A stretch of DNA of 64,000 nucleotides from an uncultured Candidatus Saccharibacteria bacterium (GTDB taxonomy: Bacteria > Patescibacteriota > Minisyncoccia > Phycocordibacterales > CAIRYW01): contig CAYUPH010000001.1 in NCBI GenBank assembly GCA_964446625.1, positions 70,283 through 134,282 of the forward strand, in the 5' to 3' direction. The position numbers and the translations under genes are program-made. A model generated the notes under the pieces. It was not told where the DNA came from. It did not search any database and worked only from the letters and a program-made list of their open reading frames with translations. This document shows positions 18,143 through 27,093 of this stretch, piece after piece. The stretch's first letter is position 1. Every line of letters begins with the position of its first letter.

Positions 18143-18375
18143 AATAGCAAAAGTGTGTCGAAGAACAAAATGCCGTAGGTTACGGCAGGAGGTTTTGGTA
18201 CGCAACGGCGCCCTAGCTCTCACAATTCTTCTAGCTTCCAAGCTAGTTGAACTTTCTTTCCGCAACACGGTTGAAACTTTTATATTATAACATAGTTTAT
18301 ATAAAAATCAAGTACGATTATATTAGTGATTTTCAGTCTATAAAATATCTTAAATATTGTGCTATGCTTTTATTT

Positions 18376-20598
18376 ATGGATGAAAGCTACAATTCACAAA
18401 AAATAGAACAAAAAGTTTTAGAATTATGGAATACTGCCAACTTCTTCAATCAAACTCCTAGTAATTCAAAACCAAATATTGGACTCTTCCTGACTCCTCC
18501 AAACGCCAGTGGAGCCATGCATACGGGAAATGCTTTAATGATTGCTATTCAAGACATAATTGCTCGATATTATCGCTCGCAAGGTAGCCCAACAGTTTGG
18601 ATTCCAGGCACAGACCATGGTGGCTATGAAACAGAAATAACTTTCGAAAAAGAATTTGAAAAACAAGGTTTTAAAAAAGACACTTTTTCAAAAAGAGAAA
18701 TTTTTAACAAGATTCATGATTTTGTTCACAGTAATAACAAACTTATTTATAACCAAATAAAGAGATTGGGTGCAAGCGTAGATTGGACAAAGGTTCGTTT
18801 TACAATGGATGATGATTTTTCTAAAAAAACCCAAGATGTTTTTAAGAAAATGGTTTCTGAAAACCTCATATCAAAGAAAAATGTAATGAATCATTTTTGT
18901 CCTGTCTGTTCCACAACACTTTCTGATATAGAACTAAAAGAGCAAAAAGGCGCAAATCAATATTTTATTAAATTCGATTTGATGGATTCAGAAAACGAAC
19001 AAGTCACTTTACTAGTAAAAAGGCCTGAATTTCTTTTTTCTGTCTCAAAAGTACTCGTTCACCCAAGTGATTCTATACACTCCTATTTAATTGGAAAAAA
19101 ACTTAGGAACCCACTTACAAAAGAGGAGATTCAAGTTATAGAAAGTGAGAGAAAGCATGATCCAGATAACACCTCACCTCTCACGCCTTTTTGTGACTCA
19201 TTCGTGAAGTATGACTACGAATACGCGCTTATGCGAAACATTCCTGTTTTTGGAAAGAATTTAATTGACCTAAAAGGTAAAATGAATTTTAGGCACATTG
19301 GAGATAGTACCCAAATTGCCAGAGAAAAAGATTTAAGTATCTTAAAAGCGGAAGGAAGATTAGTAGATACTATCTTTTCAGAGAACGAAAATATTTTTGT
19401 GTGTAAAAAAGGTCACGAAACGGAAACTTACTTAACCATGACATGGATTTTAGACCTAGATCATCCAAATCGCTCCTTAAAAAAAGAAGCTCTTTTGGCA
19501 TTAGAAGAAAACCCTCTCAATGTGGTGCCTAGCTGGAGAAAGAGAGAGATTATAAAATATATAGATTTAATGCGCGCTTGGCCAATCGCTCGTCAAAATG
19601 TATGGGGGATCTCTATCCCTGTTTGGTACGATATATCTTCTCCCTCAGATTTTGAAGTTTGGTTTGAGGATAAAAACAGAGAAAAACACAATGGTAATCT
19701 TGAAGAGTTACTGCGTAAGTATTCTCTTTCCGAAATCTCAGAAGGTCTGGAGAAAATTTATACTTCTAAAGAGAATAATTGGGTTTTTGAAAAAGAAAAC
19801 GGAAAAGAATACTTACCAGAAACAGATGTTTTTGACACATGGTTTTCTTCAGTTTGGTGGGGAATTTTTGTTTTCGAAAATATTTCTTCGTTTACAAAAG
19901 ATGACTTTTACCCTGCCCAAACTACTGTAACTGGAAGCGATTTAATTAGATTGTCTATTTCCAGAAAAATTGTACTCGGTTACTACCTTACAAGGAAGAT
20001 TCCGTTTAGCAATATTTGCTTTAACCCAATCATCAATGGTCCTGATGGAAACAAAATGAGCAAGAGTTATGGAAATGTCATTCCTCTTGAATCTTACCTA
20101 GATAAATACGGCACTGATATTACCCGTCTTTCCCTTGTATCATATACACGTGAAGGTAAGGATTTTAGTATCGAGCTTGAAACTCTCCAAAACTACAGTA
20201 GGTTCATGGATATTCTATGGAAAATGGGTAAAATAGCTGATATTGCAAAGAAATTTGCGCCAAACTTTAATAAAGCAATTTGTGTAGATAAATATTGCAA
20301 AAAGGTTATGGAAGATACTGCAGCTCTCGAGGAAAATGTGGGGAATAAAATAAAAAGTTTCAATTTAGCATATGCCCAAGAACTGGTGACTGGTTTTGTG
20401 TTGGATTTAGAAGAGTTTGCTAATTCTATTCAGACAAGTTCCACAAAGGAAGAATATCTATCGGTTTTTAAGTATGTGTTTGAAAAATATTTATTCATTC
20501 TTCATCCCTTCGCCCCTTTTGTAACTGAATATATCTATAATTCTATATATACGAAAGAAACACCACTTGCTTTACAAGCGAAAGTGGAAGCTATTTAG
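18376..20598 (+). CDS. Divergent valyl-tRNA synthetase-like class Ia enzyme
   Basis: PPNASGAMHTGN (HIGH), PGTDHGG, RFTMD, WPIARQNVWG, DVFDTWFSS, KMSKS, LHPFAPFVTE; no C-terminal coiled coil. Confidence 0.85.
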   Translation: MDESYNSQKIEQKVLELWNTANFFNQTPSNSKPNIGLFLTPPNASGAMHTGNALMIAIQDIIARYYRSQGSPTVWIPGTDHGGYETEITFEKEFEKQGFKKDTFSKREIFNKIHDFVHSNNKLIYNQIKRLGASVDWTKVRFTMDDDFSKKTQDVFKKMVSENLISKKNVMNHFCPVCSTTLSDIELKEQKGANQYFIKFDLMDSENEQVTLLVKRPEFLFSVSKVLVHPSDSIHSYLIGKKLRNPLTKEEIQVIESERKHDPDNTSPLTPFCDSFVKYDYEYALMRNIPVFGKNLIDLKGKMNFRHIGDSTQIAREKDLSILKAEGRLVDTIFSENENIFVCKKGHETETYLTMTWILDLDHPNRSLKKEALLALEENPLNVVPSWRKREIIKYIDLMRAWPIARQNVWGISIPVWYDISSPSDFEVWFEDKNREKHNGNLEELLRKYSLSEISEGLEKIYTSKENNWVFEKENGKEYLPETDVFDTWFSSVWWGIFVFENISSFTKDDFYPAQTTVTGSDLIRLSISRKIVLGYYLTRKIPFSNICFNPIINGPDGNKMSKSYGNVIPLESYLDKYGTDITRLSLVSYTREGKDFSIELETLQNYSRFMDILWKMGKIADIAKKFAPNFNKAICVDKYCKKVMEDTAALEENVGNKIKSFNLAYAQELVTGFVLDLEEFANSIQTSSTKEEYLSVFKYVFEKYLFILHPFAPFVTEYIYNSIYTKETPLALQAKVEAI

Positions 20599-21890
20599 TT
20601 TCTTCTATCTTCATATAAAGCAAGAACTGAAAGATACGCATATAACATATGACTAGGAATATAATGCACCTTCTTGTAAGTCGCTGGCCCAAATGAAAGC
20701 CCTTCTACATCAAAATCAAAAATCGGACCTGCTCCATCACTTCTATATTCAGGCATTAAAAAGCTGTACTCCTGCTTTGATTCATGTCTTCTTCTTAAGA
20801 CTTCGGCACAGATTATTAGGGTCTTAAGAAAGTAAATCTCCCCCGCGGGCCGTCTTAGATCATTCATCACCGAATTTCTTGATTCGATTATTCTTCTATA
20901 TATATTAGACCTTTTTAGACCTCTTATATACCCCAGATCAATTTCTATATTACTAATTTCTTTTTCTATATTTTCTTTTTCTTTTTCCAGTTCTTTTCTA
21001 TTTTCTTGGAGAGCTCTATACTCAGACCCTAATTCTGTTGAAATAGCAAAATCAATTGAACTCAAATCAAATTCTCTATAGTACTGAAATGAATCAGTCC
21101 TCCTTAATGCGGCAACAAAAGTAAGGTTTTCACCTAGCATGCCCCCAACAACTTTTGAATCAATATTAATCTCACCCTTATATCCACCAAGAATCTTTCT
21201 AATATTATCTACAACAATTGCTTTTGCCTCTTCAAAGACTTTTCTACTCTCTTCTGCGTTATGGAAAAGCTCGGTATCAATTTTATCAGTTTGAAGTCTT
21301 TTGCTTTTAATTTCTGAAGTACAAAACTTTTCTTTTTCACCTGATGATAATCGACTTTGAAACTCATCTGCCTTTGTAAATAGAGACCCAAGCTTTTCTG
21401 CACTAATTGTATTTACATTTTCATGAGACGGCTTCTCTTTAATTTTTGCCAACTGATTTACCAAAAAGCATGCCGTTGCAAGATAATCTGATGGTTTAAT
21501 ATTTTGATCATCATATTCTGGAGAATCAAGAAATCCACCTTTCATCATCCAATTTTCAAAATATTTTATCGCAATCGAAACAATTGTTTGTTCTTTTTCA
21601 TTTAAATCCTCACCAGTCTCCGATCGTGTAACAAAGTTTCGAAGCAGATTACCCAAAGGGACCAATTCGCCAGGAAAAGCTTCGTCATTTTTTTTAAGAA
21701 AGTTAACAAAGGCGTCTACCCTCTCGACTGTCAATTCTTCAGAAAATAATTCCCCTACTTCCTCTTTAAGTGTATTCACCCCACCAGACAGATCTTCTAC
21801 AAAATGTCTCACAACCTTTAACCTTTCTTCTTTAGGAAGTTCATCTTTTGCAGCAATCAAAAAATCTTTAATATCTCGTTTTTCAAACAT
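20595..21890 (-). CDS. Orphan hypothetical protein with a coiled-coil segment
   Basis: 431-aa open frame, no motif recognised. Confidence 0.7.
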   Translation of the reverse strand: MFEKRDIKDFLIAAKDELPKEERLKVVRHFVEDLSGGVNTLKEEVGELFSEELTVERVDAFVNFLKKNDEAFPGELVPLGNLLRNFVTRSETGEDLNEKEQTIVSIAIKYFENWMMKGGFLDSPEYDDQNIKPSDYLATACFLVNQLAKIKEKPSHENVNTISAEKLGSLFTKADEFQSRLSSGEKEKFCTSEIKSKRLQTDKIDTELFHNAEESRKVFEEAKAIVVDNIRKILGGYKGEINIDSKVVGGMLGENLTFVAALRRTDSFQYYREFDLSSIDFAISTELGSEYRALQENRKELEKEKENIEKEISNIEIDLGYIRGLKRSNIYRRIIESRNSVMNDLRRPAGEIYFLKTLIICAEVLRRRHESKQEYSFLMPEYRSDGAGPIFDFDVEGLSFGPATYKKVHYIPSHMLYAYLSVLALYEDRRN

Positions 21891-21921
21891 AAAAGGAATT
21901 ATATCATTCCTCTATACTATT

Positions 21922-22668
21922 TTATATTTTAACGGCTTCCACGAGCATAAAAAGTGGAATCTCTTTTCGAGCTTTGTCTTCAGCACTCTGCCTTGGGCCC
22001 TTCTGACTCTTTCGGTCTGAAATCCACTCTTCAAGTTTTGTCACCGCAAAACCTGCCTTAGACAAACTTTTTACATAACTTTGTAGTGGTCTATGAAAAG
22101 AAATTGTTTGAGCGCTTCCCTTCTTTCCTGGATTCATCACAATATCAAAAGTCCTTTCTGACATATAAGTCGCTACTTTTCGGTATTGCTTTCCTGTTTC
22201 TGCATCGAATCCCCAGTCGCTTTCTTTTGGAATTCTGAAAGCTGGGTGATTAAGGACAAACACAAACCTCCCTTTGTCTTTTAAGACGCGAGCAACCTCA
22301 GAAATAACCTTTTGCATGTCCTTTATATTTTGTAAGGCTAGTACACAGACAGCAACATCAAATTTCCCTGGAGGAAAAGGTAACTTTTCGGCTGATGAAA
22401 CTTTAAATAGTCCATCTTTGTTCCCCATTTTAGCAATTTCTACTAGCTCTGGAGATATATCTACCCCTGTTACACGTGAACCAGCTTTCAAAAAAGCAGC
22501 AGAAAAGAATCCTTGTCCGCATGCAAGGTCTAGTATTTCTTTACCCTTATCTGGTGAAACTACCCTAAGAAGATTAGGTAGAATCACAGTATTTTGATAC
22601 GAATTATCTCCTTCTACTAAGGTATCGTACCAAGTTGCTACCTTTCCCCAAGAAGTTGTTTTTTTCAC
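21922..22668 (-). CDS. Class I SAM-dependent methyltransferase
   Basis: ILDLACGQG, GVDISP, LPF..FD, RVLK..GRFVF. Confidence 0.9.
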   Translation of the reverse strand: MKKTTSWGKVATWYDTLVEGDNSYQNTVILPNLLRVVSPDKGKEILDLACGQGFFSAAFLKAGSRVTGVDISPELVEIAKMGNKDGLFKVSSAEKLPFPPGKFDVAVCVLALQNIKDMQKVISEVARVLKDKGRFVFVLNHPAFRIPKESDWGFDAETGKQYRKVATYMSERTFDIVMNPGKKGSAQTISFHRPLQSYVKSLSKAGFAVTKLEEWISDRKSQKGPRQSAEDKARKEIPLFMLVEAVKI

Positions 22669-22745
22669 GTGAAACTATTGTAATTAGTAAATATATCCCT
22701 AAGGACTGTTACCACCGTAGCAAATGCAGATTTGCTACTGTATCC

Positions 22746-22820
22746 TGGTCGGAGTACTGGGATTCGAACCCAGACTGAACGCTCCCAAAGCGTTTATGCT
22801 AGCCGTTACACCATACTCCG
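22746..22820 (-). tRNA. tRNA-Pro(TGG)
   Basis: CGGAGTA...TACTCCG-A-CCA, anticodon loop TTTGGGA, GTTCGAATC. Confidence 0.92.
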
Positions 22821-22896
22821 ATTATTTTATTTTACCACTTCTAACGCACTCGTTTTGAACACAAATAAATATAACACAAAGAATACAAAAACAAAA

Positions 22897-23286
22897 TTAT
22901 TCAAAGATTATATTGGGTATATAAGTCACTTTTGCTTTTTTTGTGTTTTCATCTACAAGCACTGAACATACATCGATCTGCCAATCCTCCTTAACCTTGT
23001 ACTCGATCAGGAACATTTGAATAACTCTAGAAAGCTTAAGAAACTTTTCACGAGAAACATTCTCCTCTGGTCTAAACCAATCGCTTTCACGTGAAACCCT
23101 CACTAAGTTGTTACACGCAAATGTTTTTACCTCTACAAAATGCCATTTTCTTCCTTTCCGAGCAACTATATCTATTTCACCCGATTTTCTTAGAAAGTTT
23201 CTCGTGAAAACATTATACCCATGTTTCTTAAGAAACATAGTAGCAATATCTTCTCCTAATATTCCTATTTCGTTATGTTTTGCCAT
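22897..23286 (-). CDS. yraN: YraN/UPF0102-family PD-(D/E)XK nuclease-like protein
   Basis: G..GEDIA..FL...GY...RNF....GEIDIVA....HFVEVKT; start at MAKHNEIG. Confidence 0.88.
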   Translation of the reverse strand: MAKHNEIGILGEDIATMFLKKHGYNVFTRNFLRKSGEIDIVARKGRKWHFVEVKTFACNNLVRVSRESDWFRPEENVSREKFLKLSRVIQMFLIEYKVKEDWQIDVCSVLVDENTKKAKVTYIPNIIFE

Positions 23287-23496
23287 TTTAAATAGTAAAT
23301 AGTGTTTCTTGTGAAAACTTTTATGGCTAAAGTATAGCACAAACACTTAAGTGTTTCTTATGAAACATATTATTTAACTCTTTTTTACTTAAAATACTCT
23401 GTCTTTTAAAAAAAGACTTGTATTATATAGGTTTTATAGAAAATAGTGCTTTTAGACTTTACAAAAAGACAAAAGGACAGTAGGGGAGTTGTACAC

Positions 23497-23552
23497 TTAT
23501 CCCCTTAGTTATCCACAGTTTTATAGAAAATCTATATTTTATGAGTGGAAAA
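23497..23552. promoter_or_regulatory. Small DnaA-box cluster in an AT-rich gap
   Basis: TTATCCCCT (23497), perfect TTATCCACA (23509-23517), AGTGGAAAA (about 23544). Confidence 0.5.
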
Positions 23553-23619
23553 GTTGGGATATTTGTCTTATATATTAGGGACAAATTAAGAAAAAATGCA
23601 TTAAAAGACATTACTTAAT

Positions 23620-23844
23620 AAAAAACAGGGCTCTGACCCTGTTTTTTCTTGTGCAGGTAAGGAGAATCGGCCACGGTTTATGGCTAAATTACTCGCGAAA
23701 CTCTAATTGTAGCTCATAACCCCGGCCCGGACTCAGCGACAAGCACTCGCCCTCCTCGTCTTGTGTACCGCCTCCGTCTTTCGATTCTTCTTACCTAAAT
23801 TCAAAATATAGGCGCAAATTATACATAATTTGCTTTTTATTTTG
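23620..23844. repeat. tRNA-Gly(GCC)-linked structured repeat element
   Basis: Perfect 21-bp direct repeat of the tRNA 3' end (23649-23669 = 23842-23862), inverted copy at about 23780-23796, internal hairpins. Confidence 0.8.
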
Positions 23845-23915
23845 TGCAGGTAAGGAGAATCGAACTCCTGTCTCATCCTTGGCAAGGACGTGTCCTACCA
23901 CTAAACGATACCTGC
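23845..23915 (-). tRNA. tRNA-Gly(GCC)
   Basis: GCAGGTA...TACCTGC-A, anticodon loop TTGCCAA, GTTCGATTC; CCA not encoded. Confidence 0.95.
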
Positions 23916-24137
23916 TTGATTAACAATTAGTATTCTAGACTATTTGAGGGAAGATGACAAACAAAAAACCTGCGGAAGTGCAGGTTTTTTGAGCGAATAT
24001 GTGGTCCCAAATAATTTCCTCACCCATGTTCGGAAATTTTTGTGACCTCGGCTCGCTTGTTTATACTGAAGTAAAAACATAGCTCCGCCTTGCACAAGTC
24101 TCGTAAAATCCAAAGCAGTTTGGATTTTACTCGCTAG

Positions 24138-24209
24138 TGCACCCGTCAGGACTCGAACCTGAAATAACGGTTCCGAAGACCGGTGTGATATCCATTTCAC
24201 TACGGGTGC
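24138..24209 (-). tRNA. tRNA-Arg(TCG)
   Basis: GCACCCG...CGGGTGC-A, anticodon loop CTTCGGA, GTTCGAGTC; CCA not encoded. Confidence 0.92.
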
Positions 24210-24269
24210 AGTTTCTAAACTATACTAGAAAATTATGGGAAAATCAAAATCTATACTAGAATTTAGGTA

Positions 24270-25745
24270 ATGAAGAATTTTTTTAATATCCCAAAGGAAG
24301 TATTGGCTGTGGCCGAAAAACTCGAAAATGAGTCATTTGAAGCATACCTTATCGGAGGTTGTGTGCGAGACATGTTCCTTCAAAAGTCGCCAAAAGATTG
24401 GGATATTACAACAAATGCAACTCCAGAGGAGATTCAAAAGATTTTTCCGGACTCATTTTATGAAAACAGCTTTGGTACTGTTGGGGTAAAGGTAGATACG
24501 ACAGATGAGACCCTTCAAGTAATCGAGGTAACACCGTATAGAATAGAAGGGAAGTATACAAACAATAGACACCCAGACGAAGTCAGATTCAGTAAAAACC
24601 TGAGCGACGACCTAAAGAGAAGGGACTTTACAGTGAACGCACTAGCGCTTCGCGTACGCGGAGAGGAAATAGAAGTCGTAGATGAATTTGGAGGAAAAAG
24701 TGACTTACAGAAGGGTATTTTACGCACAGTAGGGCTTCCAAGCGCGCGATTCGAAGAAGATGGTCTTCGTATTTTGCGTGCTGTGCGCCTCTCAGCGCAA
24801 CTCCAGTTTGAAATAGACCCGGAGACAGAAATGGGAATTGTTGAGTGCGGACACTTGCTTCAGAACATTTCTGCAGAGCGAATACGAGATGAATTTGTAA
24901 AAATAATCATGTCAAAAGATCCGGAGAAGGGCATAAAAAGCCTTAGAAAGTTCGGTATTTTGAAATTTATCCTTCCTGAACTCGAAGAGGGAATTGGAGC
25001 TACACAAAACAAAGCGCATATGTACGATGTGTTCGAGCACCTTGTAAAAACTCTTGCATTTTCTGCCTCAAAAGAATTTCCTCTTGAAACTAGGCTCGCA
25101 GCGCTTCTTCACGACATAGGAAAGCCTGCGACACGCAGATTTTCGCCAGAGAAGAAAGAATATACTTTTTACGGTCATGAGGTAGTAGGGGCGAGAATGG
25201 CAAAAAAAATCCTCACGAGACTCAAATTTCCTCTTGGAGTAGTAGAAAGAGTAACCTCTCTTGTCCGCTGGCATATGTTTTTCTCTGATACAGAGACAAT
25301 TACTCTCTCTGCTGTCAGGAGGATGATTCAAAATGTAGGAAAGGACCAGATTTGGACCCTTATGGATGTGCGAGCATGTGACCGTATTGGAACAGGAAGG
25401 CCAAAAGAAGCTCCTTTTAGACTCAGAAAATACCATGCAATGATAGAAGAGGCGCTTCGAGATCCTGTGTCTGTTTCTCAACTCAAAGTGGACGGCAAAG
25501 ACTTAATGACAGTTCTTGGAACACCACCTGGAAAGCATATTGGGTATATACTACACGCTCTGCTAGAAGAAGTTCTGGACGATCCAAAGAAAAACACTAA
25601 AGAATACTTAGAAAATAGAGCTAAGGAACTATGTAAACTTCCTGAAAACGAACTAAAATTCCTCGGCGAGAAGGGGAAAGAGAAAAAAGAGGAAGAGGAT
25701 GAAAAACTTGTTGCTTCTATACGAAAAAGACACTTTGTAGAGTAA
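24270..25745 (+). CDS. cca: CCA-adding tRNA nucleotidyltransferase with HD domain
   Basis: IGGCVRD, DWDITT, RRDFTVNA, EDGLRILR, LLHDIGK. Confidence 0.88.
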   Translation: MKNFFNIPKEVLAVAEKLENESFEAYLIGGCVRDMFLQKSPKDWDITTNATPEEIQKIFPDSFYENSFGTVGVKVDTTDETLQVIEVTPYRIEGKYTNNRHPDEVRFSKNLSDDLKRRDFTVNALALRVRGEEIEVVDEFGGKSDLQKGILRTVGLPSARFEEDGLRILRAVRLSAQLQFEIDPETEMGIVECGHLLQNISAERIRDEFVKIIMSKDPEKGIKSLRKFGILKFILPELEEGIGATQNKAHMYDVFEHLVKTLAFSASKEFPLETRLAALLHDIGKPATRRFSPEKKEYTFYGHEVVGARMAKKILTRLKFPLGVVERVTSLVRWHMFFSDTETITLSAVRRMIQNVGKDQIWTLMDVRACDRIGTGRPKEAPFRLRKYHAMIEEALRDPVSVSQLKVDGKDLMTVLGTPPGKHIGYILHALLEEVLDDPKKNTKEYLENRAKELCKLPENELKFLGEKGKEKKEEEDEKLVASIRKRHFVE

Positions 25746-26182
25746 AAAATACTAAGGAGGGTAGGAAACACTATTTAAAAACTACCAGGCACACGAAAGG
25801 CCGCATCGCGCGGCAGGATTTTGGACTAATAAAAAATCCTGATGTTCTATGCTGTCTTCCCCGTGAAGATTGCATTTGGCTCGCGCTTTTGCGGCCTATT
25901 ACTTTGTCCTTATCATACAGTAAGGACCTTAAGAGTGGGTCTTTTGTTAAAGATCACTTTTGTACCGGAATGGTTATTCAATGTTCAAAAATTATAGTGC
26001 TTCGAAGCGAAGCTGTGAAAGTTTGTGAACTTGAAATACATCCGAAGACAAAAAAGTCTTCACAAATTTATCCCAAAAGAACTTTTGCTCCCACAAAGAG
26101 ACGAGTGGGACTGATAATATTTTACCGCGTATAAAAGACATGTAAAGGACAAACTGTGGATAACTAAATGTCCTTTATAAAT

Positions 26183-26950
26183 TTAAATCTGTATGTCGAG
26201 TACAATAGGACAATGGTCTGAGCCGAGTACCTTGTCTAAAATTTCTACATGTTCAATTTTGTTTTTAAGTTCGGGAGACACAAAAAAATAATCAATTCTC
26301 CAACCAACATTTCTCTCTCTAGCAAAAGTTTTCATATCCCAATATGAGTATTTCACAGTTTCAGGGTGGAGGTAGCGAAAGGTGTCTATGAAACCTTTTT
26401 TAGAAACTAAGTCGAGCCAATCCCGCTCTATACGAAGGAATCCTGTATTTTTCTCATTTTCCTTTGGACGAGCAAGATCAATCTCGTTGTGTGCAGTGTT
26501 GATGTCCCCACAGAAAATCACGTTTTTATACTTCTTGCGGAGTGTTTCACATTTTGCAAGAAACGCTTTGTAAAAGGCGAGTTTAAACTCTATGCGGTGC
26601 GGCCCACCTCCTCCGTTCGGAAAATAGCAGTTCAAAAGGACAAATTCTTTAAAGTAGAGAATTATAAGGCGGCCTTCTTGGTCGAGCTCTGGTTTACCAA
26701 GCCCAAACTCTACCTTTTCTGGAAGAACTTTTGTCCACACACCAACTCCACTCCAACCTTTTTTTAGTTTAGAACTTTCGAAGTACGAATAGAAGCCTTT
26801 TGGAGCAGTAAGCTCCTCGGGGATTTGAGTGATTTCTGCTTTGGTCTCCTGCACACAAAAAATGTCGGGAGAGTTTTTAAAAAACCATTCTGATGCACCT
26901 TTCTTGTGCCACGCACGAATACCGTTAATGTTCCATGAAACAATTTTCAT
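26183..26950 (-). CDS. xth: Exodeoxyribonuclease III
   Basis: SWNINGIR, QETK, GDINTAH, GWRIDY, SDHCP. Confidence 0.95.
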   Translation of the reverse strand: MKIVSWNINGIRAWHKKGASEWFFKNSPDIFCVQETKAEITQIPEELTAPKGFYSYFESSKLKKGWSGVGVWTKVLPEKVEFGLGKPELDQEGRLIILYFKEFVLLNCYFPNGGGGPHRIEFKLAFYKAFLAKCETLRKKYKNVIFCGDINTAHNEIDLARPKENEKNTGFLRIERDWLDLVSKKGFIDTFRYLHPETVKYSYWDMKTFARERNVGWRIDYFFVSPELKNKIEHVEILDKVLGSDHCPIVLDIQI

Positions 26951-27093
26951 TTGTACACATCATAGCACACTTGTGCATTTAAAAATTAGTTGTAGAATCC
27001 TATTTTGGATGAGCTCTAGTAAATTTCTTGGTTTGGTTTTATTCCCGATAGGGAAAACCGAGAATTTACTCCACCCCGCTTGTCCTTTTGAAC

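Larger units (their letters stand above)
22661..23367. other. Cluster of seven parS-like 16-bp palindromes
   Basis: Matches of 12-14/16 to TGTTTCACGTGAAACA starting at 22661, 23044, 23083, 23196, 23222, 23303 and 23352. Confidence 0.75.

Noticed and set aside
25889-26134. 81-aa ORF between cca and xth
   Set aside because: TTG start inside a hairpin, no motif, and the sequence is dominated by inverted repeats; not supportable as a CDS.
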